A DNA stretch of 64,000 nucleotides from the human T2T-CHM13v2.0 reference genome, Homo sapiens: assembly GCF_009914755.1 (NCBI RefSeq), contig NC_060941.1, one strand, 5' to 3'. The notes beneath the pieces are model-generated. The model made no database searches and was not told the DNA's origin. It was given only the letters and a program-made list of their open reading frames with translations. A program made the position numbers and the translations under genes. Below, one piece after another: positions 25,450 through 41,062 of this stretch. Numbering within the stretch: position 1 is the stretch's first letter; every line of letters begins with the position of its first letter.

Positions 25450-26400
25450 TCATGTCTGGGTTCATAAATGCAGGTGGGAAAGCTGATAACTACGTTTTAT
25501 TTGAGGCAAGGGTTTGAAAACAGTTTCAAGGAAATAAGGGAGTAACAGGTAATTGAAGCTATTAACAGTGGGGTGATTATAATGTTGAGTCACAGATATT
25601 AAGCTGGGCAAGGGGAAGAATATATAAGAAAGAGCTAAAGAATAAAGAGAATAGCAAGGTAATAAACTTGATGACTGTATAAGGTTGAATAATTGTTACA
25701 TTGTAATGCATGAGCAAACTCAGTCAGAGGACAGACGGTTATGATTAAGGACTAGATGTTTTATTTCAGGACTTCAAAGAAGTTTCTGGTGATGACAAAG
25801 TCTATGGAATAACCTTGGAAGTTAGTGAGGTAGAAGGGCATCAGGGAGCTAGATGCCAGGTGCTGGATTCCCATCAAAGACACTTAGAATGATTACAGAA
25901 GTTGGAGAGGACATGACTTCTGTGAGCTAAATGATAACGTCTTCAATGAAGGAAGAGGGAAGGGCTGGTAAGTAGGTCTATAAATGACTGCTATTTTGAA
26001 GGGAGTGAGCTATAGCAAGATGAGCTCAAAAGAACAAGGCATTTCACTGAGGTAAGAGTCCTTCATTGTCTGAAAGGAGCAATAAGAAACTTAGAGAACT
26101 CTGATTTTATTTTTCTGTCCTAAGTCCTAGAAATATGGAATATTAGAATTCAAATATGAGAAAAAATCAAAGTTCACTTCATGGAAGGAAAATGACATCC
26201 ACACTTCAAGGACATGGAGGACACCTTTGAAAAAGAGGATGAGGACACAAGGGAGCTAATAATGATTACTGGGTGACAAGAAAATGGTCCCAGCAGAAGA
26301 GTTTGGGAGGGAAGAGACCATTTCATAAATAAAGAGGATATAAGGAGTAATACGGGCATGAGAATTTGGGAAAATTTAGAATACAATAAATATCGAGAGG
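25450..26400 (-). mobile_element. Degenerate L2 (ORF2 region)
   Basis: Purine-rich segment with TTTCTGGTGATGACAAAGTCTA and GTGAGCTAAATGATAACGTCTTCAATGAA, resembling antisense L2. Confidence 0.45.
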
Positions 26401-27440
26401 CTTATACTTTTGGCAATAATTCTGGTAGGAAGGGACATAAGATTTGGTGGACGTAATATTGATGGCTTTTAATGGGAGGACAGCAGTAGATCTCAGGTTT
26501 CAGTGATTTTCTGTCTGTAGGACTGGGCTTTTGGCCCCATATGGCTGTTGCTTCAGGCTTAACGCAGGATGTGCATAAAAGCTTCCTTCCTTGCCACCCT
26601 TGTTCTCAACTCTATTAAATTCTCTGTTATCTTTTCACCTTCTTTCCACTGAAATAGCAGAATATATTATAACAATAAAGGTTGAATGGTTTCTGTATCA
26701 TTCTAGAATTCTTCTAGCTGGTATTTATTGTAAGCTCTTCTTTTAGCAAGACAGTTGTGATTTATTTTATAAAGGACCACTTCCTTAATTTCCCTTTGTG
26801 ACTAAGACAACCCCCAAGACAATAACCTGCAATAAGCTATAGTACTTTCAAACTCAGGTTGCCAGTGTATGCATTCAAACATAAAAAGTTGAGTGATTTT
26901 TTTTCGAGTTCAAAAATTCTTGAAATTTAATGTGACACAATATTCAATTTAAGATATTATCCAGCCTATAAAGCTATCATATTTGATAGGTCTATATTTT
27001 TATACAGCCATTAAAATAATTATACTAAGGCCAAAGTATGAAAAACTTGATTAACTATACAGAAGCTGCATAAATTTGAAATCTGCACATGATTTAGTGT
27101 GGCTTGCAGAATGATCAAAGAATCAAGCTCTACAAATACAAAGCTTGAAATAGCAAAGAGGGTTGAAATGATGCATTTTTATTAAAGCCAACCAGTCAAA
27201 GGAGTTTGTTCTCTAGGATATAATTCACTTGTGCTTTTGTTGTGCTTCTCAATAGAATTCTCTTTTTTTTCCCCCTCCAATTTCTCATTTTGCTCTCAAT
27301 TTTCCTGATTCTTTCTCCTCTCAACTCTATCTTTCAGCTTGAGTCCAGGACTGTTTTAGAAATGTTTCAATTGTAACTTCTGGTAAAATTTATCAGTTGA
27401 AGTTAGACTCAGCAAAAGCTAAATTCTAGTTGCAGTTTTA

Positions 27441-27650
27441 AATCAGATAGATCTGAGTTTAGATGCCAGCTTTGACATTGACAAGCTATGTGATATAAGC
27501 AAATTATTTGAACTCTCAGAACCTCAAATATTGAGCTTCCTTATTGGTAAATGGGATGATGATACCTATTGCAAAATGTGATTGAAGGATTCAAATGAAA
27601 CGTTGCATGTAAAATGCTTCCATTATGCAAGAGTGTGCTCAAGGGATATT
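27441..27650 (+). mobile_element. MIR SINE
   Basis: CAGATAGATCTGAGTTT...AGCTATGTGATATAAGCAAATTATTTGAACTCTC...TAAATGGGATGATGATACCTA...GCATGTAAAATGCTT. Confidence 0.75.
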
Positions 27651-28159
27651 TATTTCCTGATCACTTACAACTTCCTTTCCCTTATGGAAAACATCACTCA
27701 GCCGCGTAAGCAAGAATTACATTGTTTAGCTCTCTTCTATTCAAAAAACGGTAAACAAGAAATTTAAGGGAAATGATTACTCCTTTAAAATGCAGATTTA
27801 TCTTCATTTTTACTCGAAAACATACAAATGTGCAAAGTCTCTCGAAAGGGCAAAATTTAGTAGAATGCTAAATTATAAAATTTGCCCATAAAATCCATTT
27901 GATAAAAAAGAGGCATTCATTAGAAAAGAGGGTATAAAAGAAAGTGAGAAATTAATGCTTGTGCAAACATAACTGAGACGGCTGTTGATCATCACTGCAG
28001 AAAAAGAGGTGTGGAGATGGCAGGCTCTTTTTGGATCTATCATAGTGCAGATAATCTGGAAAAGTGGTGGGGACAAGATACTGGGAAGAACTGTCCTCAC
28101 AGGTTGTTGAATCATTGACTAACTGATGGACTAAATGACTATGAAGTCCCTAAAATGTT

Positions 28160-28400
28160 CCAGACACTGACTAAACACATTGCCACATTACCATATCATG
28201 CCTCAGGTTATCCCCACCAAAACTCAATGAGTCCTCTAACATCCCGATTCCTTTAAATCCCCCCTGTCCCCACCAAAAGAAGCAAAACTGAAGCTCAGAA
28301 AGAGTTCATATGTTGTCTATATCACAAATTTAAATATAGGTAGAACTGAGATTTGACTAGGTCCTCTGACATCTTCTCTAAATGACTTCATCCTTTACCA
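28160..28400 (-). mobile_element. MIR fragment
   Basis: AAAACTGAAGCTCAGAAAGAGTT...GTAGAACTGAGATTTGA. Confidence 0.5.
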
Positions 28401-29434
28401 ACACAGCAAGGCAAGGAGGATGAGTTCAGAAATGAGAAGCTGCTCGTTTAAAATAGGTTTCCTTTGCATAGATTAGAAAGAAAAATTCAAAACTTCAGTT
28501 AAAAAGTGAATAATTTAAGTTAAACTGGAATAATTAAAAAGTAAAAATTAGAGCTAAAGCACCAGTTTGAGTCTTCCATGGTAAAATAGTTTTCTCTTGC
28601 TCAATGGCATTTTCTCCTCCAGGTTTATGGAAATATGATTTAATATAATTTAATCTGTATTTATAGAATTGCTTTAATCAAGCCTTTTTTTGAAGCCATA
28701 TTCTGTTAGAAAGGATCATGTTTTGTTGAAATGGATTCTTTACACTGTACTCATTGATCCATGCTTGAGAGAATACTTCTATAATGATCTAAAAGATGTC
28801 CATAGAATCTCCAATTGCCAGATTTCTTCTAGATGAAAAACAAACAACCAAAACAAAACATGTTCTATGATTGAATAAATTTTTAAATCATTGCTTATCA
28901 GTATACTTAACTGTAGAGTCACAGGGTCATATAGCAATAACTGTATAATACTGCAGTAAAGTAACAAGTTTGTGTTTAAGTAAATATTATTCAAATATAC
29001 TTGGTAGAATACCTCACCACTTTCCTTTTTTAACTGTAGTAATAATAACATTGCAGCTATTGTTCCACAGAAAACAACTTCAGAAATGCTAGTTAGAAAA
29101 CTAATCATATGATATTCATTTTTCTGATATTCATAATTATCTTTAAGCAAAAGGAGCACATGGCAACTCTAAATGTTTTAGTACCTATCATACTATTTAA
29201 ACAGAAAAGAAAGGTTTGAAAGAGAGGTAGATTGCAAATTTATGTGTGATTCAAGTGCCTTGATCTGATAGTCAGCATAAATGTGAGGCCCAGAAGTACC
29301 AGGAAACATTTATCACGGTAACTAAATTGCTCTGGGGAGAAATAAAGGACACTGCCTTTGCAAATTCAGCTGTGTCATCATAACATCCCTCCTCCTTCCC
29401 AATTTCTCATCCCCTAAGAATCAAACACTTTTAT

Positions 29435-30200
29435 ATTCACTCATTTGGCAAGCATTCACTGAGTTTCTATTATTTGAGAGGCATTATGCTAACCTCTGGA
29501 GACACCAACACAACAACACTTATTTCTTACCTTTGTAAAACCTATAATCTAGTGGAAGAGACACAAGCTTGCCAAATCTTTTACTGTGTTGAGATAAATA
29601 TTATACAAGAGGCATCAAAAGTCCCTAAAGACTAATAAGAGGCACCTAATTCACCCTGAAGCCAGCACAATTTTTCCAGTGGTGCTTGTTAAGTGGCAAA
29701 AGACAAGTAACATTTAACACATAAATGAGAAAAAATAGAGGCTTCTAGGCATAGAAAATGGCATGAGACATGGCATGGAGACATGAAAAACCACAGAGCA
29801 CTTAGCATAAAGCTTTAGTGACTTACTAGGATACAAAAGTGTGTCTGTGTGCATGTGGTCTGTGTGGCTGCTGGGTAGGGAGGGATTGAGCAATGTGGCT
29901 ACAGAGTTGGGCATGGATCAGATTTATAAAAGGTGTTCTTAATTGTATTAAGAAGCTGGGACTTCTTACTAAAGACTTCAGGGAAACACAACAAGTTTTA
30001 AGCAGTGGAGATCATGTAGCAGAAATATAGATACGAGTGTAGTGAAAATAAAGACTGGCAGCAGAGAGACAGAAAAGACCATTATAGACATCCTGGGAAG
30101 AAAAGATGAAGAACCCAACCACAGTAGTGACAGTAAAGATATACAAAAAGAAGAAGCATGGTAGTAAAGCAGATTGCCAAAGATATTAGTGTCTTCCCAT
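29435..30200 (-). mobile_element. L2 LINE 3' portion
   Basis: ATTCACTCATTTGGCAAGCATTCACTGAGTTTCTAT...GGCATTATGCTA; AAGTTTTAAGCAGTGGAG. Confidence 0.6.
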
Positions 30201-31255
30201 GGGCCATTTGCTAAGAATACATCATACATTCCTCCTACTATACTTGAATTTTAATGGAGGATATTTGGTTACAAGTCCTTAATGAAAGCAATGATTAAAA
30301 TTTTAAACTTACAGCTAGCCACAGTGATATCTTTAGATATAAAAAATCTTAATTGCTGTCTCAATTGCATCCCATAGACAATCACTTATTCTACTTTTTT
30401 GAGAGCTGACTCAAATTGTGTGTGTGTGTGTGTGTTTAAATGAAAGATAATCAATTGAAAATTGAGTAAATTATGTTTCATGTTTAGATTGATGGATGGA
30501 TGTTAATTTTGTTTTAAAACTGCTGTAGTTCTTTTTATTCTTGAAAGGCAGAATCTTTGACAATAATGACATCAATGCTAGCAAGATAACATTTACAGGC
30601 TCTCATTATGTGCCAGTCACTGTTACAAATCATACTTGTGTATTTTGGTAGATGCTACCAAATATTAAATAACTTTGGTGAAGCTGGCGGTAATCTAGGT
30701 CTACTCATTAAGACAATACTTAGATCAAGCTTCTTGAGGGGAAAAACATCTCTGACACTCTACATTTTCTCATGCGTTGATAGATTCAACATAAATCTAA
30801 CCTATATTTTATTTTGTCTTGGGACATTTTTGTATTTACTGTGAAACAGAGTCTGATCCTTCACCTCTTCATATTTGATATCTATGATTAATATGTTTTT
30901 ATGATACATTTGATATATTCATATTGATTATCAGTAAAAGCCTGTGAAGATCTAAATAAAATCCTTTGTGTAAGGATGTTAGTGGCCACTAGACTCTTCA
31001 GAGGATTTTCAGAAAGCTACTGGATTGAGGTTGTGTACTACAACAAACCGAACTTGTAAGGAGATACAAACCAAAAAAGATGTCCAAGGACAAATTCCTT
31101 CAGTGTGTGAGGATGGATTTCATTTACAGTCTCATTCTCCTACTTCTAATAATGTCATCACTGCTTTTATGGGCTGTGATTGTTATGCTAACATAAAGGC
31201 AAATTGATTGTGGAAACATTTGTAATATAGGGAAAAGTCCTAACCTTCTATCTTT

Positions 31256-31758
31256 TGTGATGCTTAATATTAGGAATCAAATTGACCGGTAAAGCATTAG
31301 TTTTGGGTGTATCTGTGAGAGTGTTTCCAGAGGAGACTGGCCTACGGTTCTGAGCTAAGTGGGGGAGATCTGCCCTCAGTGTGAGCAGGCACCATCCAAT
31401 TGGCTGTAGGCCCCAAGAGAACAAAAACAGAGGAAAGGCAAGTTGGTTTAGCTTTCCCCTGGAGCTAGGATACACTTCCTTCTCCTGTCCTTCAATATCA
31501 GAACTCCAAACTCTTAGGTCTTTGGACCTCAGGACTTACACCAGTCAACTCTCCACCTCACCCTCTACTATGACTTCAGGTCTTCAGACTTGAACGGAGC
31601 CATGCTACTGGCATTTTAGGGTCTCCAGCTTGTAGAAGGGCTGTTGCGAGACTTCTCAGCTCCGTAATAATGTGAGCCAATTCCCCTAATAAATCCCTTC
31701 TTACCTATCTGTCAGTATGCTATTGGTTCAGTGTCTCTGGAGAACCCTGGCTAATACA
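31256..31758 (+). mobile_element. ERVL solo LTR, MLT2B/C-like
   Basis: TGTGATG..TTAAT start; TGGGTGTATCTGTGAGAGTGTTTCCAGAGGAGA; end CTCTGGAGAACCCTGGCTAATACA; 5-bp TSD TCTTT/CCTTT. Confidence 0.9.
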
Positions 31759-31805
31759 CCTTTGTTCAAATCTACTTTGTTAAGCTGATCTTGAAACTAT
31801 TGATT

Positions 31806-32118
<313 letters not shown>

Positions 32119-32834
32119 TGATTATTTCTATTTAAAGTATTTATGCCAAGACCAGAGACCTCAAGTATTAAAAGAGATACGAGTCTCCATTATAATACCA
32201 AATATGCAATTGAGATTAGCCCTCTCTTTGTCTTTGCCAATTACACTGATACATAAATGGAACACGGATGATAATTTTAAGAGGAAATTCTGGAAACAAT
32301 GATCTGGAGTAGGACTGTTTAGAGGAGTTTGCTTATCATCATTAATTTTTAATGAGAATGCAGGACATCTCCTCATACCAGGACATTTTACAGATGGAAG
32401 GAAGCACTGTCTCTGCTCTACAAGAGCTTATAATCTATTATTTAGAAATGTTTCTGAAATTTTTGTGAAGATAAAGCCACAGGGAAGTGGGAAAGATACT
32501 AAAAACTCCACGTACACAATCACAGAAGCATTACTACTATTCCTTTTTTCTAAGCATATCCATCTGATGTTTTTCCACTGATCATATTTCTAACCCTGGT
32601 AAAAAGAAAAATGAGTAAGTCAAACCATGACTCAAACTTTGACTAGTCATTATCAAAGACATATATATGCAATTCTGAAAGGAAATGTAATAATGATTTT
32701 CTATGCATAAGGACAAGTATTTCCATTCATTTTGCTCATATTTCTTATTCTACAAATGAATTTTAAATGTAGAAACATCATAATCCTATTAAAACACAGC
32801 TTCTTAAAATAATTTGGCTATAGTGATGTGGTGT

Positions 32835-32991
32835 ATGCAGAAATCAGCTGAGGAGTTTGCTAATAACACAGATTTCTGGCTTCATCCCAGATATTTTACC
32901 ACGTCTGTGCTGAATCTGAGAATATACATTATTAACAAGCTTATCACATGATTCTCACACAGGTGTTACTTGATACACAGTTTGAAAAACA
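32835..32991. mobile_element. MER5-like DNA transposon remnant
   Basis: CAGATTTCTGGCTTCATCCCAGA...CTGAGAATATACATTATTAACAAGC...CAGTTTGAAAAAC. Confidence 0.5.
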
Positions 32992-33354
32992 TGATATAAT
33001 GAGAGGAAATATTTAATATTTACTTTTCCTGAGTGTGCCTTTCAGCTCAGGAAGACAGATGTTAGTAAGAGTTTTGAAGTTGGGTGGCAACAGGGAATTT
33101 GTTCACCTGAAGGCTTCTGTGATTATAACACTCAAAGAGATAAGGGACAAGAAGAAATCAAGATCAGCGGGACTTGACCAGAATTACGTTGAAAGGGAGA
33201 CATAAAGACAACATAATGAATAAAATAAAAGCCAATATCCAAGCATGTTGATGGTTTAAGAGTTATAAAGTAGTTGAGTCTGCGAGATTTAATAAATCAA
33301 ATAACATTTACTGGTCATATGGAAAAAAACAATGTTTTCTTTCTTCATTTTTTA

Positions 33355-33688
<334 letters not shown>

Positions 33689-34489
33689 TTCTTTATTTTT
33701 TTATACACTCAGAGTGGAAACAGTTTCTCAAATGTCTTCTAAAGGATATACAATCACCACAAGAGAAAAGTCTGATGCAGCTGTTTTTTTTATAGCAGTG
33801 GCCCTGCAGCCTAGTCCCAAGTGGTGCCCAGTCCCAAGTGATAAAATGGTGACAGTGAGGGGTGGCACTCTCTTTGAATGGTCAAAGAACATTAAAGAAT
33901 TTACATGAAAGAAAATGCTGAACAAATGCCACTAAAGATTGAACAGTTAGGTACTTAGTACTTTCATGATATTTTAATAGTTTATATGGTATTGAATACT
34001 TTTGTATGGGAAATATTCCAATACAGTTCTAATAATAAACAAATTTCTACCTATGTGCTTGCCACTGAAAATAATAAGCAAGAAAAGATACATTTTCATC
34101 TATAGTTAACATTAAACAGTTTTAACTGGGCTTTGATGAATAGACAGCAAGTATTTTGCTGAGTATATTGCTATCTCATTTTGCCTAGGTTGAACTTTTA
34201 AAATATACTTTCAAACGTTTTGTAACATTTATTGATTTATTTTCCTGAACTAGGTAAGCAACTGCAAGTTATATTGGAAAGCATGCATTTCTGGATATTT
34301 TTAATTTATACAATATATTTCTAATGTACAGACATGGTAGTGTCATATTTGAGTACCAAGAGCTTCCTCTATGTATCATGTGAGTTCTTATTCCAGCCTA
34401 TTCATGCTTTTTATATGAAATATATACAATTATTCTCTTCATATCTATTATTTATTTTATTTACTTTAAACATATACACAATATTCTTA

Positions 34490-34710
34490 TTATATACCAA
34501 GCAATTTTCTTAGGGCTTTACAAATGCTAACACATTTATTTCTTGCAACATCCTTACAAGGTAGGCGATTTTATTAGATGTTTTATAGATGAGGAAAATT
34601 ATGCACAATGAGGTTACCCCATTCATCTAAGATCACAGCTGTGCCTCTAGAGGTCAGCCGCACGTACTTTGATTCCAGAACCTATGCTTTCAACCATGAT
34701 ACTATCCTAG
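34490..34710 (-). mobile_element. MIR SINE
   Basis: TTTTATAGATGAGGAAA...GAGGTTA...CTAAGATCACAGCT. Confidence 0.7.
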
Positions 34711-34819
34711 CTCTCTACCTTTGACAATGATATAGGTCTCAGTAGCAGCAAAAGTTCATTGGAGATGTGAATGATGAACAGATAATAGTGTACTAGACGT
34801 AACCCTGCTCAACAATGTA

Positions 34820-35393
34820 TCTGTTAGTCTTCCTGGAGGGAAATCTTCCTGCCAGGTAGGCATGGCCATATGAATTGCTCCAATCAATGAACATGAACAG
34901 AAGTGGACTATGTCACTTATGAGCACAAATATTTAAGAGCTTTATTCAACTACACTCTCCTTTTACTTTCTATGAAGAAATAGGAAGTATGGGATAAAGT
35001 GCCATAAAATCAAAGTATCTCAGAATACTGAACCACCACATAGAAGACAATTTCTCTGGAAAGCTGCCCAATGTAATTTATGTGAACCAGGAATAACTGC
35101 TTGGGGTGTTAAACCACTGAGATTGTGAAATTATTTCTTTTTGTGGCACAATATATACCAGTGGTTCTCAAGTAAGGATGGTTTTGTTCTCAGAGGATAT
35201 TTGGCACTGTCTAGAGACAGTTTTGATCGTCACAATTCGGAAGGGGGTTCCTACTGATATATAATGAATAAAGCCAGGGGATGTTGCCAAGCATCCTACA
35301 ATGAACAGTTCAGACTCCACAACAAATAATTATCCGGTCCAAAATGTTAACAATGCTGAGATTTACAAACCCTGATTTTGTCTATCCTAATAC
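34820..35393 (+). mobile_element. MLT1J-like MaLR LTR, interrupted by MER20
   Basis: GGCATGGCCATATGAATTGCTCCAATCAATGAACATGAACAGAAGTG...TGTTAAACCACTGAGATT; terminal CCTAATACA follows the MER20. Confidence 0.6.
35159..35374 (+). mobile_element. MER20 hAT-Charlie transposon
   Basis: CAGTGGTTCTCAA...CATCCTACAATG...AATTATCCGGTCCAAAATGTTAACAATGCTGAG...AAACCCTG. Confidence 0.85.
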
Positions 35394-35436
35394 AGATATT
35401 GCTTCAGAGTAAGCATAAGAGTGTATGAAGCAGTTT

Positions 35437-35745
<309 letters not shown>

Positions 35746-36428
35746 AGTGTATGAAGCAGTTATAATAAAGATCACCTGCACTGATTAAATCTAGAGGTCC
35801 CACATAAATAAATTGCACTTAAAGCTACCCATTCCATATTTGCTCTGCAAGTGGCAACCAAGTGCAACTTAATAATTTCACATAAAAAACCTTACTTTAT
35901 AAATAAAACATTCTTCATCTCCACTCAAAAAATTCCCTTCCTACATGGCTTCCACTAAAAAAAAAAAAAAATGCTCTGAGTTTGCTTTTAAAAACAATCC
36001 GGCTCCTATAAGACTTATGAGACCTTGCGTGCATGCAAATCACCAAGCATCAACATAAATACACTAGGTTAAGTAAACTTGATGGCCATGGGGGATACAT
36101 TTTTTTTCTCCTGTGATTGACTTTCGTCAGTTATAATTAGGCATGTAAATTCTCTGTGCTTGGAAAAAAGATTTTGAAAAAGGAAACTTATCCAGTGCTC
36201 TCTGGCATCTGGGATTTGTTCTTGTTTCCACTGCTTCTAAAGAGGTTGCATAATGCCTGATTTGTGGAGACCAATATTTTATTCGAAAAACAGAAAGGAT
36301 CCAGTCACTGTTTTGGGGACTAACCCAAAGGAAATTGTTTAGTATATTAAATTATACTCAGAAAACTGCTGTACAACTGTTTTTATAACTTGGAAGCGTT
36401 AAAAATCCAGGATTTTTATTTCAAGAAT

Positions 36429-36650
36429 CGGGTTTGGCAAACTTTTTCTATTAAGGGCCAGGTAGTAAATATTTTAGATTTTGTGGTCTAAAAAGTATCT
36501 GATGGAGCTACTCAACTCTGCTGCTGTAGTGCAAAGGGAGCTATAGAAAACTGGTAAATTGATGGCTGTGAATGTGCTTTAAGAAAACTTTATTTAAAAA
36601 ATAGGTGGTAGACTAGATTTGGCCTCCAGGTATTATTTTGCTGACTCCCA
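36429..36650. mobile_element. MER58A hAT-Charlie MITE
   Basis: GGCAAACTTTTTCTATTAAGGGCCAGGTAGTAAATATTTTAG...CTACTCAACTCTGC...AAAACTTTATTTA. Confidence 0.85.
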
Positions 36651-36790
36651 TTCTAGATAATATTTTCATCTGGAAGGTGAAAGATGACTATCAGTTTAAA
36701 TTATTTGGCCACTGCCAAGTCATAGTAAAATATGGAGTGAAAGTAAAGAAAAAAATATTCATGTAATGCCTATTATGTGTCAAAAACTGT

Positions 36791-37045
36791 GCCAGGGAAG
36801 CTACTCACCTTACAATGCACAGGACAACCACTCATAAAGAATTATCTAGCCCAAAATGTCAATAGTGCTGAGGATAACAGACTCTCTTGCCTTTGTTGCA
36901 AAATGTAGTTAAAAAAATCCACCACCATCAGCATCAATTGGAAGCATGTTAGAAATGGAGAATCTCAAGTTCCTCCCAAGAGCTACTGAATCATAATCTC
37001 TATTCTAAAAATATTCCCAGAGGGTGTGTGTGCAAATTTAAATTA
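36791..37045. mobile_element. MER20 3' fragment followed by MER5 fragment
   Basis: TACAATGCACAGGACA...AAGAATTATCTAGCCCAAAATGTCAATAGTGCTGAGG, then CATCAGCATCA...TGTTAGAAATGGAGAATCTC...CTACTGAATCA. Confidence 0.7.
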
Positions 37046-38779
37046 ATTCACGGTGGTCCAGCCTGGCATAACTAATATAGGGGTCGTGAATATGGTGACA
37101 TTATCAGAGAAATGTGCATCAGAATGGTTAAAAATTTGCACTACTTTACAACTCGTAAAGGCTTGAGAAATAACTTGAAGACATCTTTCTGACTTCCAAG
37201 AGTACATTCTATCTGCTATCCCATTTTATCTCCCTGGCCAAAATCTTAGAAAAATACTTTAAATCCACCTGAGGATTTATGCATAATTTTACATGTATAA
37301 ATTTTAACATATACTAGTAAACATCTAATAAACATAATACACAGAGCATGCTCTCATGAGGAAAATAACCCTGATTCTTCAGGAACCATTTGTTATTATT
37401 TGTATAATGACTGTTTAAGTGCTATCCATTAACAAGAAGTAGTGAAATCAAAGTCAAAGCCAGATGGGTTCAAGTTAAAATCTTAATATGATGGCACTGA
37501 TCAATGTATTTATCTTCTCTGAGTTGGAGCTAGCTACCATGCAGTATTATTGTAAAGTCCTTATTAGATAACAATGATTAGCTATCACTTTCTGAAAGTC
37601 TTCATATGAACTGAATTGCCTTTTCCCAGAGTAAAATAATTTCTTGAAAGTCTCACTCAGGGTATGGTGGCAACTTCTCCCAGAAGGATTTGCATTTTAA
37701 AAGGTAATTCTCTACCTATCCCCTCCACCTGTCCTGTCCAATGGAAAGTACAATGGCAATACTTGTATCTAAGGAATAACTTTGTCATGCAAGGTGGGCT
37801 GTTTGATGTTACTATCTATCTTGCAAGAGGACATAGAATATCGGTCCATTTTATACAATGTCACAAAATGTGGCATAGGGAATTGGATTTATTGGGGGAA
37901 CTTTATAAAGCCAGCACTGACAAAAAGAAAAGGCAGAGAGTTCCTATATACCCCTGTATAACTGGAGAGAAATTCTAGGGCCAGAGTACACTATGCTGTG
38001 GGTAAAAGACCGGAGAAGGAAGAAACTCGGCTTCTATATTTCTCTCTCATTGGAACAAGCATGAAGGCAACTTTGTCAGTGAAAAAAAAAAAATCTCTCT
38101 ACTTGGACATTGGCAGTTTGTATTTAGATGCCAGTTTCTGTGAGAACTGTCTATTAATAGTAAAGCCATCCTTCCAAATTCAAGACCTCTGGGCCTGTAA
38201 ATAAATCATTGGTCTTATGAGAAGCTCAGTTTAGTTATGGCTCCTACAGTCAGATGGGAGTGAGCCTTCATGTCCCTGACATCTCACTGTTCAGGTACCA
38301 CTTGGGAGTTACCAAAGGCAATTTAGAGAATTCTCTTTGTTGCATCACAGACTTATAATTTAAGGCATCAGCCATGTAATATATGAGCTAGTATTGTTGG
38401 ACAAGGTAAACTCCAAAATATTTCAACAATATTAAATAGAAAAGTGTTTCTTTCATGGTCACCCACAACTGTTTTGAATCTCTAAGACCAAGAGGTTGCA
38501 GTCTGCACAAGGGCCACTTAAAAATCTACCTAGGTGCTGCCACACACTTCCTTAAAAAATACAGTGAACTAGTGTTTATTCACTTATTTATTCACATATA
38601 AGCCAATCATATTTCCAAATGATTGCAATGCCAGGCATGGTGATACGCATTAGGGAGACAAAGGTATATAAAATAATATTCCTGACCTTAAGCAATAAAA
38701 AAAAGTTAAAGAAACAAACATGCATAAATATTTCTAGAAATCAAACTGAGCATGAATTAAAGTATTGTTTAAAGAATTA

Positions 38780-39154
<375 letters not shown>

Positions 39155-40509
39155 TCAACTATTTAAATTGTAGGTTCATAAGGTAGCCTTAGAAGCAGAC
39201 AGAATAAGATATACTTTATATTATCTTTCTTTCCATCCATCTCTTTTAGGTTTACATGACAAATACACTCTTAAAGTTTTGTCAAAGCAACCATAAGTAT
39301 CCTGACCACTGAATATTCTCTCATTAATACCATAATTTTATTTAGTTTTCTGATTTGGATTACCAAGGATTCTACCAATACTTGTAAGTTTGTGGCAAAA
39401 TCAATTCTATGAGTTATTAGACGCCAATGGTTAATTCAATTTTCCAGTAAACAAAACCATTGCCAGTTGCCCCATTCTCTTTATAGAGGTTTCTTTGGGA
39501 AGTCTCTGGATTCTACTGTGAAATTTTTGTTCATATTGGCAAGGTAGGTATGTAAGGTCATATATTCAATATGGAACATCTGAGGAAAGAAAATAAAAAT
39601 ACAATTTTATTGAAACCATAACTGATATTGTTGAGGTTGAAAGCATTGCTGGCATTGAAGAAAAATAGTCCAACATTAAAACATACATTTGAAAAAGAAA
39701 TTATTTGTGTTTCTCAAGCACAGTAAAGAGGATATGTGGTCCTCATTTAACATTTTTATTCTTTTTGCAATTATTATTTGCTTCACTTGTGAAGCTTCCC
39801 AGGTACCTCTTTCTTCAAAATCTTAAAAACTAATAGTAGTAATATTACCCCGCCTAGCCCTGGCCCACACACCTGTTGTCCTCTACTACTTCTCTTCTCC
39901 TGCTACTTTACTATAATTTCATCTCATTTTCTCTATTTTTTGCAATGTTTGATTCCCCTTTATTGTAGAAAAATGGAAAGACACAGTACTGCAATGATAG
40001 AAATCCTCCGGACAGAAATGAGAGTGGCCTTTTCCCAGTTTAAAACCAATTAATTTGAACTTTCTTCCCTGTTCAAAGTAAATGACTCTTATCCTGATTT
40101 TAGTTGTCATAAGACTTCCTATCACCTAAGCTGTAAAGTACTTATTCAGTCCAAATGGTTGGACTTCATTGCTCTTATCACAAATAAATAACAATATAAA
40201 ATGGAACAAGGAAGAACTATACCACTCAATTGTCTTAAAAGACATTTAACCCTAGGGTCTGGTACACAGGTGGTCTGGCTACCCAGTGCCTTTGTTCCTG
40301 CCCATTGCTCACTGGACTGAACTAGCCTCAGATGGCCATTGCTCCTGAAACGTGGCATGCTGGCTATCTGCTGTGTCCACTGGATAAGAGTATTTTAGGG
40401 GCCTAGGACTACTATTTTTTCAGTGACAAAGCAATAGTGTATCATTGGGCAATGTTTATCTTCAGTTATAGAATCTCCATGAAACTTTAGTATACAACTC
40501 TTTTTATAG

Positions 40510-40595
40510 ACACACACACATATGCACATGCACACACATATGTGCACACATGTGCACTTCTATACATGCACAGGTGCACACACACAGACACACAC
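40510..40595. repeat. Mixed (CA)/(TG) alternating purine-pyrimidine repeat
   Basis: Direct inspection. Confidence 0.85.
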
Positions 40596-40692
40596 TTTGT
40601 GGATTCATGAGGTTGCCCCAGCAACCTCTATTACTCTATTAGGAGTCACACACTCTATTAGGAGTAACCCCTTTTGTCTCCCTATGCCTCCT

Positions 40693-41062
40693 TGTATTAG
40701 TCTTCTCACACTGCTATAAAGATGCTACCTGGGATTGAGTAATTTATAAACAAAAGAGGTTTAATTGACTAACAGTTCTACATGGCTTGGGAGGCCTCAG
40801 GAAACTTACAATCATAGCAGAAGGTGAAGGGGAAGCAAGGCACGTCTTACAGGGCAGCAGGAAAGAGAGACAGAAAGAAGGGGAAAGCGCCAGACACTTA
40901 TCAAACAACCAGACCTCGTGAGAACTCACTAACTATCATGAGAACAGCATGGGAGAAACTACCCCTATGATCCAGTCAATTCTCACCAGGTCCCTCCCTC
41001 TACATGTGGGGATTACAACTCTAGATGAGATTTGAGAGGGGACATAAAGCCAAACCATATCA
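40693..41062 (-). mobile_element. ERVL-MaLR solo LTR, THE1D/MSTA-like
   Basis: TGTATTAGTC...AAAGAGGTTTAATTGACT...GGAGGCCTCAGGAAACTTACAATCAT...GCCAAACCATATCA. Confidence 0.9.
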
